Shown piece by piece: positions 17,188 to 24,415 of a stretch of DNA of 32,000 nucleotides. This stretch comes from Brevundimonas vesicularis (lineage in GTDB: Bacteria; Pseudomonadota; Alphaproteobacteria; Caulobacterales; Caulobacteraceae). The stretch is from assembly GCF_027886425.1 (NCBI RefSeq), contig NZ_CP115671.1, forward strand, positions 1,238,194 to 1,270,193. Reading direction: 5' to 3'. Below the pieces are notes generated by a model that saw only the letters and a program-made list of their open reading frames with translations, was not told where the DNA came from and did no database searches. The stretch's first letter is position 1; every line of letters starts with the position of its first letter. The translations under genes and the position numbers were made by a program.

Positions 17188-17337
17188 ATGTGGTATTTTT
17201 CCTGGATCCTGGGGCTTGGCCTGGCCGTCGGTTTCGGCGTGCTGAACGGCCTGTGGCACGAGTTCCATCTGTTTGACGAAGGCGACGCCGGCCTGTCCAC
17301 GCCCGACGCATCGAAAGAGGGCGATGTCCCTCTCTAG
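17188..17337 (+). CDS. cydX: Cytochrome bd oxidase small subunit CydX (49 aa)
   Basis: Below the ORF-track length cutoff and found by hand. AGGAG lies 9 nt before ATG 17188. The translation is MWYFSWILGLGLAVGFGVLNGLWHEFHLFDEGDAGLSTPDASKEGDVPL. MWYFxWILG is the CydX signature (E. coli CydX begins MWYFAWILG). It starts 19 nt after the cydB stop. Confidence 0.8.
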   Translation: MWYFSWILGLGLAVGFGVLNGLWHEFHLFDEGDAGLSTPDASKEGDVPL

Positions 17338-18700
17338 CCCCGCGCGCCTGTCCGTTCGCGACCTGATCGCGCGCTATGACGCCCATGCGCCACGCTATAC
17401 CTCCTATCCGACGGCGGCACAGTTCACGCCTGCCGTCGGACCCGGCGAGTGGGCCGATTGGCTGGGGCGCGCGCCCTCCGATCAGCCGGTCTCGCTGTAT
17501 CTCCACCTGCCGTTCTGCAAGCGGCTGTGCTGGTACTGCGGCTGCAACACCCGAGCGGTGAACCGGGCGGGCGTCATCTCCAGCTATGTCGATCTGCTGC
17601 TGCGCGAGGCGGATCTGGTTCTGGCCCGGATTGGCCGGCCGGTCCGTGTCGGATCAATCCATCTGGGCGGCGGCACTCCGAACATGCTGTCGCCGGACGA
17701 TCTGGAAAGACTGTTCGCCGGTCTGTCCGCGCGGTTCGACCTGGGCGACTGTTTCGAGGTCGCCGCCGAGTTGGATCCCGAAGTCCTTACGCAGGAGTGG
17801 GTCGAGGCGGCGGGCCGCATCGGCCTGAGCCGCGCCAGTCTGGGGGTGCAGGACCTGTCGCCGCGTGTCCAGGCGGCGGTGAACCGGCCCGAGCGTTTCG
17901 AGACCATCCGCTGGGCGGCCGAAGCCTTGCGGGGGCAGGGCGTGAACTCCCTCAACCTGGATCTGATGTACGGCCTGCCGCTTCAGGCCGTCGAGAACGT
18001 CATCACCACCCTGGGCCAGGTCACGACGCTGAGGCCCGAACGGATCGCCCTGTTCGGCTATGCCCATGTCCCGTGGATGAAGCCGCATCAGCGGTTGATC
18101 AACGACGCCGACCTGCCGGACGCCGAAGCGCGCTTCGCCCAGAGCCAGGCGGCGACGCGCTATCTGGTCGGCAAGGGATGGCAGGCGATCGGGCTGGATC
18201 ATTTCGCCCTGCCGCACGACGGGTTGGCGGCGGCGGACCGGGCCGGACGGCTGCATCGCAACTTCCAGGGCTACACCACCGACGCCGCAGACGTGCTGAT
18301 CGGCCTGGGCGCCTCGTCGATCAGCCACACGCCCAAGGGTTTCGTTCAAAACCACGCGCAGGAACTTGACTGGCGCCGCGCTGTCGAGGCCGGCGACCTA
18401 CCCGTCGCGCGAGGCGTCGCCCTGACCGAAGGCGACGCGTTCGTGAGCGAGATTATCGAGCGGCTGATGTGCGATTTCGTCGTTGATCTTGCGCCCATCG
18501 TTCGACGTCGCGGTCGGGACCTGTCGGACGTCGCCGGCGCCTGGTCCCTGTTGGAGCGCTTCGTCGACGATGGTCTGGTGCGGATCGACGGGACGGTGGT
18601 GGCGGTGACCGACCTGGGCCGTCCGTTCGTCAGGGCGGTTTGCGCCGCCTTCGATCCCGGTGCGGCGGCTCTTCAGCAAAGGCATGCGCGGGTGGTGTGA
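17324..18700 (+). CDS. hemN: Oxygen-independent coproporphyrinogen III oxidase (radical SAM)
   Basis: I place the start at ATG 17324 (MSLSSPARLSVRDLIARYDAHAPRYTSYPTA, the HemN N-terminal motif). The radical-SAM CxxxCxxC is present (CKRLCWYCGC), and IHLGGGTPN follows. Confidence 0.9.
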   Translation: MSLSSPARLSVRDLIARYDAHAPRYTSYPTAAQFTPAVGPGEWADWLGRAPSDQPVSLYLHLPFCKRLCWYCGCNTRAVNRAGVISSYVDLLLREADLVLARIGRPVRVGSIHLGGGTPNMLSPDDLERLFAGLSARFDLGDCFEVAAELDPEVLTQEWVEAAGRIGLSRASLGVQDLSPRVQAAVNRPERFETIRWAAEALRGQGVNSLNLDLMYGLPLQAVENVITTLGQVTTLRPERIALFGYAHVPWMKPHQRLINDADLPDAEARFAQSQAATRYLVGKGWQAIGLDHFALPHDGLAAADRAGRLHRNFQGYTTDAADVLIGLGASSISHTPKGFVQNHAQELDWRRAVEAGDLPVARGVALTEGDAFVSEIIERLMCDFVVDLAPIVRRRGRDLSDVAGAWSLLERFVDDGLVRIDGTVVAVTDLGRPFVRAVCAAFDPGAAALQQRHARVV

Positions 18701-18729
18701 GTGGACAGATTGTCCACCCCCTGACCGAT

Positions 18730-18743
18730 TTGCGCTGGATCAA
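18730..18743. promoter_or_regulatory. Imperfect FNR/FixK-type box TTGCG-CTGG-ATCAA upstream of ompW
   Basis: 8/10 match to TTGAT-N4-ATCAA. It fits the relaxed FixK-type core TTG(A/C)-N6-(T/G)CAA as I recall it. It lies in the hemN-ompW intergenic region, with its centre about 92 nt before the ompW ATG. Confidence 0.4.
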
Positions 18744-18828
18744 GGCCGAGGTTTTCACCCGGGCGCACACCCCGCTCAGACGCCTGACAAAGGCCGCACG
18801 AGGCGGCCAGGGCGTCGGGGATCAGAAG

Positions 18829-19485
18829 ATGAAGACCAAGACCCTGCTGCTTGCCGCCGTCGCCTTCACCGCCTGCGCGGCGCCGGCCTTCGCTCAGACA
18901 TCCGTCGCTTGGGAGGCCCCGAAGAAGGGCGACTTCCTGGTGAGCGGGCGCGTCACCGACGTCTTCTCCCAGGCCGATGACGCCATCACCACAGCCGCGG
19001 GCGCCGACACCGACCTGAAGGTGGATGTGGGCGACAGCGTCATGCCAACCCTGGGCTTCACCTACTTCCTGACCGATCACCTCGCGGTCGAGGCGATCCT
19101 GGGCACGACTCGGCACGAAATCCGCGCCCAGGGCGGCGCAACGGACGTGGCCGTGCATGAGACCTGGGTCCTGCCGCCGGTGGTCACCCTGCAATACCGC
19201 CCGCTGGGTCAGGGCCGCGTCAGCCCCTATGTCGGCGCGGGCGTGAATTACATGCTGTTCTACAGCGGCAAGGACAAGAACGGCTTCACCGTCGATCTGA
19301 ACGACGGTTTCGGCTACGCGCTCCAAGCGGGCGCGGACGTCGGCATTCAGGGGCCCTGGAGCCTAAACCTTGACGTCAAGAAGGTCTGGTTCGAAACCGA
19401 CGCCAAGATCAACGACGGCGCCCTGAAGTCCAGCGTGACCCTCGATCCGTGGGTCTTGTCGTTGGGCGTCAGCCGCAAGTTTTAG
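18829..19485 (+). CDS. ompW: OmpW-family outer-membrane beta-barrel protein
   Basis: I place the start at ATG 18829 (MKTKTLLLAAVAFTACAAPAFAQ, a signal peptide). OmpW-like blocks are present (TYFLTDHLAVEAILGT, PYVGAGVNY) and the protein ends with a terminal Phe (GVSRKF). Confidence 0.85.
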   Translation: MKTKTLLLAAVAFTACAAPAFAQTSVAWEAPKKGDFLVSGRVTDVFSQADDAITTAAGADTDLKVDVGDSVMPTLGFTYFLTDHLAVEAILGTTRHEIRAQGGATDVAVHETWVLPPVVTLQYRPLGQGRVSPYVGAGVNYMLFYSGKDKNGFTVDLNDGFGYALQAGADVGIQGPWSLNLDVKKVWFETDAKINDGALKSSVTLDPWVLSLGVSRKF

Positions 19486-19538
19486 CTGGAGCCCCTAGGG
19501 GTCGCCGACCTTTGTCCCATTGACTGAAACACCGATGC

Positions 19539-19563
19539 GGCGCTCTTTTTCCGAAAGAGCGCC
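19539..19563 (+). terminator. 10-bp GC-rich hairpin downstream of ompW (possible terminator, no U-tract)
   Basis: GGCGCTCTTT-ttccg-AAAGAGCGCC forms a perfect 10-bp stem 54 nt after the ompW stop. It lacks a trailing T-run and ends 11 nt before the next ATG. Confidence 0.4.
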
Positions 19564-19574
19564 AGGGAACATCA

Positions 19575-20546
19575 ATGGTCGCGCAAACGGGAAACGGCCA
19601 CGGCAAGCTGATAAAACAGGCGCTGGACGCCGCCGGAGGTGAGGCGCGTTCGGCCCTGGCGGCGTCATGGCGACGGTCGATGTCGCTTTATGGGCTCGAT
19701 CCTGAGGATGAAGGCCGACCGAACACCCTGACAGACCAGGAGTTGCGCGAAGCCCGTGACGCCATGGAGCCGATGACTAGGGCGGCTCAGGATTCGCTTG
19801 ACCGCCTGTTCCTGGCCGTCGGCGACACAGGATGCTGTGTTCTTCTCACCAACGCTGAAGGGGTGACCCTGGAACGGCGAGGCGCAGCGGCGGATGATGA
19901 GATCTTCCGCCGCTGGGGCCTATGGCCCGGTGCGGTTTGGTCTGAGGCGGTTGAGGGTACAAACGGCATCGGCACGGCTTTGGCCGAGCGTCGTCCGCTG
20001 ACCATCCATCGCGATCAGCATTTTCACACTCGTAACACGGCGCTGAGTTGCACTAGCCATCCCATCTACGGTCCAACAGGGCGTCTGGCGGGCTTGTTGG
20101 ACGTCTCGTCGTGCCGGACCGATGCGACGCAGGGCGTATTGGGGTTGATCGCGGCGGCGGTGGCGGACGCTGCGAGAGCGATCGAGGCGCAAACCTTCCG
20201 GCACGCCTTTCCTCAAGCGCGCATCGTGCTGACCGACGATGCGGCCGGACGAAACACGGCGGCTCTGCTGGCGGTTGACCAGGATGATCTGGTGGTTGGA
20301 GCGACGCGCGCCGCACGCCTCGCGCTCGCGATCACCGATGACCGGATCGCGAACCAGCTCGCGGCGTCGGAGGTGCTGGGCGTAGGCGCCGTGGAAGCCG
20401 ATCTTCTGAACGCCGAACGCGGCGCGGTGCGTCGCGCGCTAGCGTTGAGCGGCGGCAATGTCTCGGCGGCCGCGCGCGCTCTTGGGGTCAGCCGCGCGAC
20501 CCTGCACCGCAAGCTGCACCGGCTCGGCCTTTCTAACGCACCTTAG
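19575..20546 (+). CDS. GAF-like sensor + Fis-type HTH transcriptional regulator (AcoR-like, lacking the AAA+ sigma-54 module)
   Basis: 323 aa. The N-terminal region resembles the AcoR/GAF sensory domain (SWRRSMSLYGLDPE..., VLLTNAEGVTLERRG..., GTNGIGTAL, LSCTSHPIYGPTGRLAGLLDVSS). The C-terminus is an HTH_8 (ALALSGGNVSAAARALGVSRATLHRKLHRLGL). No Walker A or GAFTGA motif was seen. Confidence 0.75.
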   Translation: MVAQTGNGHGKLIKQALDAAGGEARSALAASWRRSMSLYGLDPEDEGRPNTLTDQELREARDAMEPMTRAAQDSLDRLFLAVGDTGCCVLLTNAEGVTLERRGAAADDEIFRRWGLWPGAVWSEAVEGTNGIGTALAERRPLTIHRDQHFHTRNTALSCTSHPIYGPTGRLAGLLDVSSCRTDATQGVLGLIAAAVADAARAIEAQTFRHAFPQARIVLTDDAAGRNTAALLAVDQDDLVVGATRAARLALAITDDRIANQLAASEVLGVGAVEADLLNAERGAVRRALALSGGNVSAAARALGVSRATLHRKLHRLGLSNAP

Positions 20547-20554
20547 CAAGCGAT

Positions 20555-20574
20555 CTGTCGCAGTTCTGCGACAG
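20555..20574. promoter_or_regulatory. 20-bp perfect inverted repeat CTGTCGCA-GTTC-TGCGACAG (operator or weak terminator)
   Basis: Read directly. It lies 8 nt after the regulator stop and about 110 nt before the aldehyde dehydrogenase ATG. It is followed by GTTTG only, so it is not a classic intrinsic terminator. Confidence 0.35.
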
Positions 20575-20683
20575 GTTTGCGCCGCAGCATGGCAGCGGCG
20601 TATGGCGTCACGTGCTCCGCAGGATGACCTTCTGATCCAAAGACGTCGACAATCGACGCCAGAGGACAACGCAGGAGGCCATC

Positions 20684-22201
20684 ATGACCAAACCCGAGTT
20701 CAGCCGCGCCGCGACCCCCAAGTTCAGGGCGCGCTACGACAACTTCATCGGCGGACAGTGGGTCGCGCCCGTCAACGGCCACTATTTCGAGAACACCTCC
20801 CCGGTGAACGGCCGCGTCTTGTGCGAGGTCGCACGATCGGACGCGGCCGACGTCGAACTGGCCCTGGACGCCGCCCACGCCGCCAAGGACGCCTGGGGGC
20901 GAACCAGCGTCGCCGAACGCGCCGTCATCCTGAACAAGATCGCCGACCGGATTGAAGCCAATTTGCAAGCCGTCGCAGAGGCGGAGACCTCGGACAACGG
21001 CAAGCCGGTGCGCGAGACCACGGCCGCCGACATCCCCCTGGCGATCGACCATTTCCGCTACTTCGCCGGCTGCATCCGGGCGCAGGAAGGCGGGATTTCG
21101 GAACTGGACCACGACACGGTCGCCTATCATTTCCACGAGCCGCTGGGCGTGGTGGGGCAGATCATCCCCTGGAACTTCCCTATCCTGATGGCGGCCTGGA
21201 AGATCGCTCCGGCTCTGGCGGCGGGCAACTGCATCGTGCTGAAGCCGGCGGAGCAGACCCCGGCGTCCATCCTCGTGGTGATCGAACTGATCCAGGATTT
21301 GCTGCCGGCCGGCGTGCTGAACATCGTTTCGGGCACGGGGGCCGAGGTGGGCGAGCCGTTGGCCACCAATCCGCGCATCGCCAAGATCGCCTTCACGGGC
21401 TCGACTGCCGTTGGTCAGAAGATCATGCAGTATGCGACCCAGAACCTGATTCCGGTCACGCTGGAGCTCGGCGGCAAGTCACCGAACATCTTCTTCAAGG
21501 ACGTGATGGATCACGACGACGCCTATCTGGACAAGGCGCTGGAAGGCTTCGCCATGTTCGCGCTCAATCAGGGCGAGGTCTGCACCTGCCCCAGCCGCGC
21601 TTTGATCCACGAGGACATTTATGAGGCCTTCATCGAGAAGGCGATCGCCCGGGTGGAGTCCATCGTTCAAGGCGACCCTCTGGACCCGGCGACCATGGTC
21701 GGCGCCCAGGCCTCGGACCAGCAGCTGAAGAAAATTCTCGGCTATCTGAAGCTGGGCAGGGAGGAGGGCGCCGAGGTCCTGACAGGCGGCGATCAGGCCG
21801 CGCTCAAGGATGATCTGGCCGGCGGCTATTACGTCAAGCCCACCGTGTTCAAAGGCACCAACGACATGAGGATCTTCCAAGAGGAAATCTTCGGCCCGGT
21901 CCTGGCGGTGACGACCTTCAAGACTTTTGAAGAGGCCATGGAAATCGCCAACGACACCGAATACGGCCTGGGCGCCGGGGTGTGGTCGCGCGACATGAAC
22001 ACCGCCTATCGCGCCGGTCGCGCCATTCAGGCGGGACGGGTCTGGACCAACTGCTATCACCAGTATCCAGCCCATGCGGCCTTCGGCGGCTACAAGAAGT
22101 CGGGCATCGGGCGGGAGAACCACCGCATGATGCTGGACCACTATCAGCAGACCAAGAACCTGTTGGTCAGCTACAGCCCCGACAAATTGGGCTTCTTCTG
22201 A
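20684..22201 (+). CDS. NAD(P)+-dependent aldehyde dehydrogenase (AldB/AcoD-like, about 506-aa class)
   Basis: 505 aa. Motifs include [17 protein letters not shown], the catalytic Glu motif ELGGKSP, the catalytic Cys motif [11 protein letters not shown], and the C-terminus [20 protein letters not shown] lies upstream. Confidence 0.9.
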   Translation: MTKPEFSRAATPKFRARYDNFIGGQWVAPVNGHYFENTSPVNGRVLCEVARSDAADVELALDAAHAAKDAWGRTSVAERAVILNKIADRIEANLQAVAEAETSDNGKPVRETTAADIPLAIDHFRYFAGCIRAQEGGISELDHDTVAYHFHEPLGVVGQIIPWNFPILMAAWKIAPALAAGNCIVLKPAEQTPASILVVIELIQDLLPAGVLNIVSGTGAEVGEPLATNPRIAKIAFTGSTAVGQKIMQYATQNLIPVTLELGGKSPNIFFKDVMDHDDAYLDKALEGFAMFALNQGEVCTCPSRALIHEDIYEAFIEKAIARVESIVQGDPLDPATMVGAQASDQQLKKILGYLKLGREEGAEVLTGGDQAALKDDLAGGYYVKPTVFKGTNDMRIFQEEIFGPVLAVTTFKTFEEAMEIANDTEYGLGAGVWSRDMNTAYRAGRAIQAGRVWTNCYHQYPAHAAFGGYKKSGIGRENHRMMLDHYQQTKNLLVSYSPDKLGFF

Positions 22202-22780
22202 TCTGGGCGCAGGATGGCCGATCTTGGATTTGCCACCGTGCGTAGGATCCCATCATTAGCTACTTATCTCGGCGGGCCTGCAACTGATCACGGTGGCGCT
22301 GCCGCGAGTCGTCTGCACGGGGGACGGTTTTCGAGCCGCTAAACGTCAGCTTTCGAGCTTTGAGGCAATGGCCGCGTTTGGCGCCTTTAAGACCTGAGTG
22401 GGAATCGCCGTTTGTGACTGATGTCGGAAGTTCGCACCGTGCGCTCTGCGACAGTACACTGCACTATCGCTTCAGCCTCAATCCGGCTGGGTCTTCGTCT
22501 GGTTAGCCTCACTGCACGGGGCATATCGGCATTCGCGGCGCACACCTTGATCCTGAGAGTTATTGTGGGGCGGATCTCTGAGTTAGGAGTGCACGGGGGC
22601 GGCCAGTACCGCACGCCGAAGCAGCATGCCGTTCGTGGCTTTGATCTCGTCTTGCAATCAATCAATGCTGTCAGCGCCATCCTCACAACGCCAGGCACTG
22701 CGCATAGTTATCTCTTTAACGTGCACCACGTTCCTAATGCCGCGTTTTGACGGAAACGCCGCCGCCGCGCATCGTGACCC
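22202..22780. other. 579-nt ORF-poor, lower-GC intergenic region upstream of the ECF sigma gene
   Basis: A sampled line (22381-22440) is 33/60 G+C (55%). The only ORFs are two mutually antisense ones (22387..22698 minus, 22421..22750 plus) with no recognisable motifs. Confidence 0.5.
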
Positions 22781-23368
22781 ATGGGGGAACTGAAGTTGGC
22801 TCAAGGTGGTGGAAAATCGGAACGAGAGCGCGTTCGCTGGTTGGGGCATGAAATCTTGCCCCACGAGCAGGATGTTCGCGCTTGGCTTCGGCGATCGCTT
22901 GTGACCTCCAACGATGTCGATGATGTCATTCAGGAATCGTATTGCCGATTGGCCAACCTGAAGGCAGTGGAGCAGATCGAGAGTCCTCGCGCTTATTTCT
23001 TCCAGACCGCGCGGTCTGTCGTGCTTGAGCAGATGCGCCGCGCCCGCATTGTCCGGATCGACGCCGTGACGGAAATCGACGCCCTGCGCATCGAGTGGGA
23101 CGAACCGTCGCCAGAGCGTATCGCCGGGGGACGCAAGGAACTCGAACGCGTAATGAAGATCGTCGCCACATTGCCCGAACGCAGCCGACGCATCTTCGAG
23201 ATGCGCCGCGTGCTGGGGCTGTCTCAAAAGGAGATCGCGCGCCAGTTGGGCGTGTCAGAGAACGTGGTCGAGAACGAAGCTGCGCGCGCGTTGAAAGCCG
23301 TCCTGGCAGGCTTGGCAAATGCTGACGCTAATGTCGCCCCATCATCGACCGGGGAGCGGCGTGCATGA
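22781..23368 (+). CDS. ECF-type RNA polymerase sigma factor (FecI-like)
   Basis: 195 aa. Region 2 (DVDDVIQESYCRL...PRAYFFQTARSVVLEQMRR) and region 4 (LPERSRRIFEMRRVLGLSQKEIARQLGVSENVVENEAARALKAV) are present. The stop overlaps the FecR start. Confidence 0.85.
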   Translation: MGELKLAQGGGKSERERVRWLGHEILPHEQDVRAWLRRSLVTSNDVDDVIQESYCRLANLKAVEQIESPRAYFFQTARSVVLEQMRRARIVRIDAVTEIDALRIEWDEPSPERIAGGRKELERVMKIVATLPERSRRIFEMRRVLGLSQKEIARQLGVSENVVENEAARALKAVLAGLANADANVAPSSTGERRA

Positions 23369-24309
23369 GCCGTGAAGCTTCCACAGAGATCGACGCGGCG
23401 GCGGCCAATTGGGCCGCTCGACTGGACGGAAACGTGATTAGCGCGTCCGACCAGGCGGCCTTGGACGACTGGCTGGCTGGCGACAGCCGTCGTGAGGGCG
23501 CTTTGTGGCGGGCGCGGGCGGTCATGGCCTTGATGGTCGAGCCCATGCCTCAGACCCAAACGCACCGGGTGCCGGCGAAGCCCGACCGCCGCGTGCTTCT
23601 CGGGGGGATGGGATTGGCGGCGGCTGTCGCGGCCGGGGTCGTTCTGACGCCGATCTTGTCGCGTCAGCGCTACCGGACCTTGGTGGGCGAGATTCGCCGC
23701 GTGCCCTTGGCCGACGGGTCAATGGCGGCGATAAACACCGACACGACATTGGACATCCGCTTTCAGAAGGCCGAACGCGCCGTGACCCTTGATCAGGGAG
23801 AGGCGTGGTTTCAGGTCGCAAAAGATCGAGCGCGGCCTTTCGTCGTGGCGGCGGGCGATGTCCGCGTCCAAGCGGTCGGCACTGCCTTCTCAGTTCGCCG
23901 CAAGTCCGGCGGGGCCGAAGTTCGCGTGACGGAAGGCGTCGTGGAGGTCTGGAGCGACAAGGGCGCTGGAAAAATGCGCCGCCGCGTCGCCGCCGGTGAA
24001 CAGGTTTTCGTCAGCGACCAGGCCGGCGCGTCCAGTCCGGTGAAGCGTCCGCTGGAAATGGACCGGGCTCTGTCTTGGCGAGAAGGGCAGATTGTTCTGG
24101 ATGGCGACACGATCGGCGCGGCGGCAGCTGAGTTCAACCGCTACAACAACCGCAAGATCGTGATCGTCGATCCGGATCTGGAAGGCCGTACCGTGGTCGG
24201 ATGGTTCCGCACCAACGAACCGGAAAGCTTCGCCCAGGCGGTGGGCGTCGCCCATGACGCGAGCGTGAAGCTGGGCGCAGATGTCATCATGCTGGGTGGC
24301 GCGGGATAA
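23365..24309 (+). CDS. FecR-family transmembrane anti-sigma / sensor protein
   Basis: 314 aa. The N-terminal anti-sigma motif is AAANWAARLDG...ALDDWLAGDSRREGALWRA. A single TM segment (VLLGGMGLAAAVAAGVVLT) is followed by a periplasmic FecR domain (LADGSMAAINTDTTL...GEAWFQVAKD..RPFVV.AG...VQAVGTAFSV). Confidence 0.85.
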   Translation: MSREASTEIDAAAANWAARLDGNVISASDQAALDDWLAGDSRREGALWRARAVMALMVEPMPQTQTHRVPAKPDRRVLLGGMGLAAAVAAGVVLTPILSRQRYRTLVGEIRRVPLADGSMAAINTDTTLDIRFQKAERAVTLDQGEAWFQVAKDRARPFVVAAGDVRVQAVGTAFSVRRKSGGAEVRVTEGVVEVWSDKGAGKMRRRVAAGEQVFVSDQAGASSPVKRPLEMDRALSWREGQIVLDGDTIGAAAAEFNRYNNRKIVIVDPDLEGRTVVGWFRTNEPESFAQAVGVAHDASVKLGADVIMLGGAG

Positions 24310-24415
24310 ATCTTTTTCGTCCGGCGACGGAAAGTCGATCGTCGAACATCGAGACTCTTGGAACCCTCGAAGAAGGGTCCGGGAACCAGGAAACAGAAAA
24401 AGGGAGGGCCGACGC

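Noticed and set aside
22387-22750. Two ORFs of 103 and 109 aa in the spacer upstream of the ECF sigma gene.
   Set aside because: They are antisense to each other and compositionally odd (Cys/Arg/Thr-rich), with no motifs or SD. More likely non-coding DNA or decayed sequence.
24310-24415. Candidate ECF (FecI-type) promoter upstream of the TonB-dependent receptor, for example GGAAAG...CGAGAC or GGAACC...GGAACC.
   Set aside because: I could not find a -35/-10 pair with convincing spacing, and I do not reliably remember the consensus for this ECF group. It needs TSS mapping rather than guessing.
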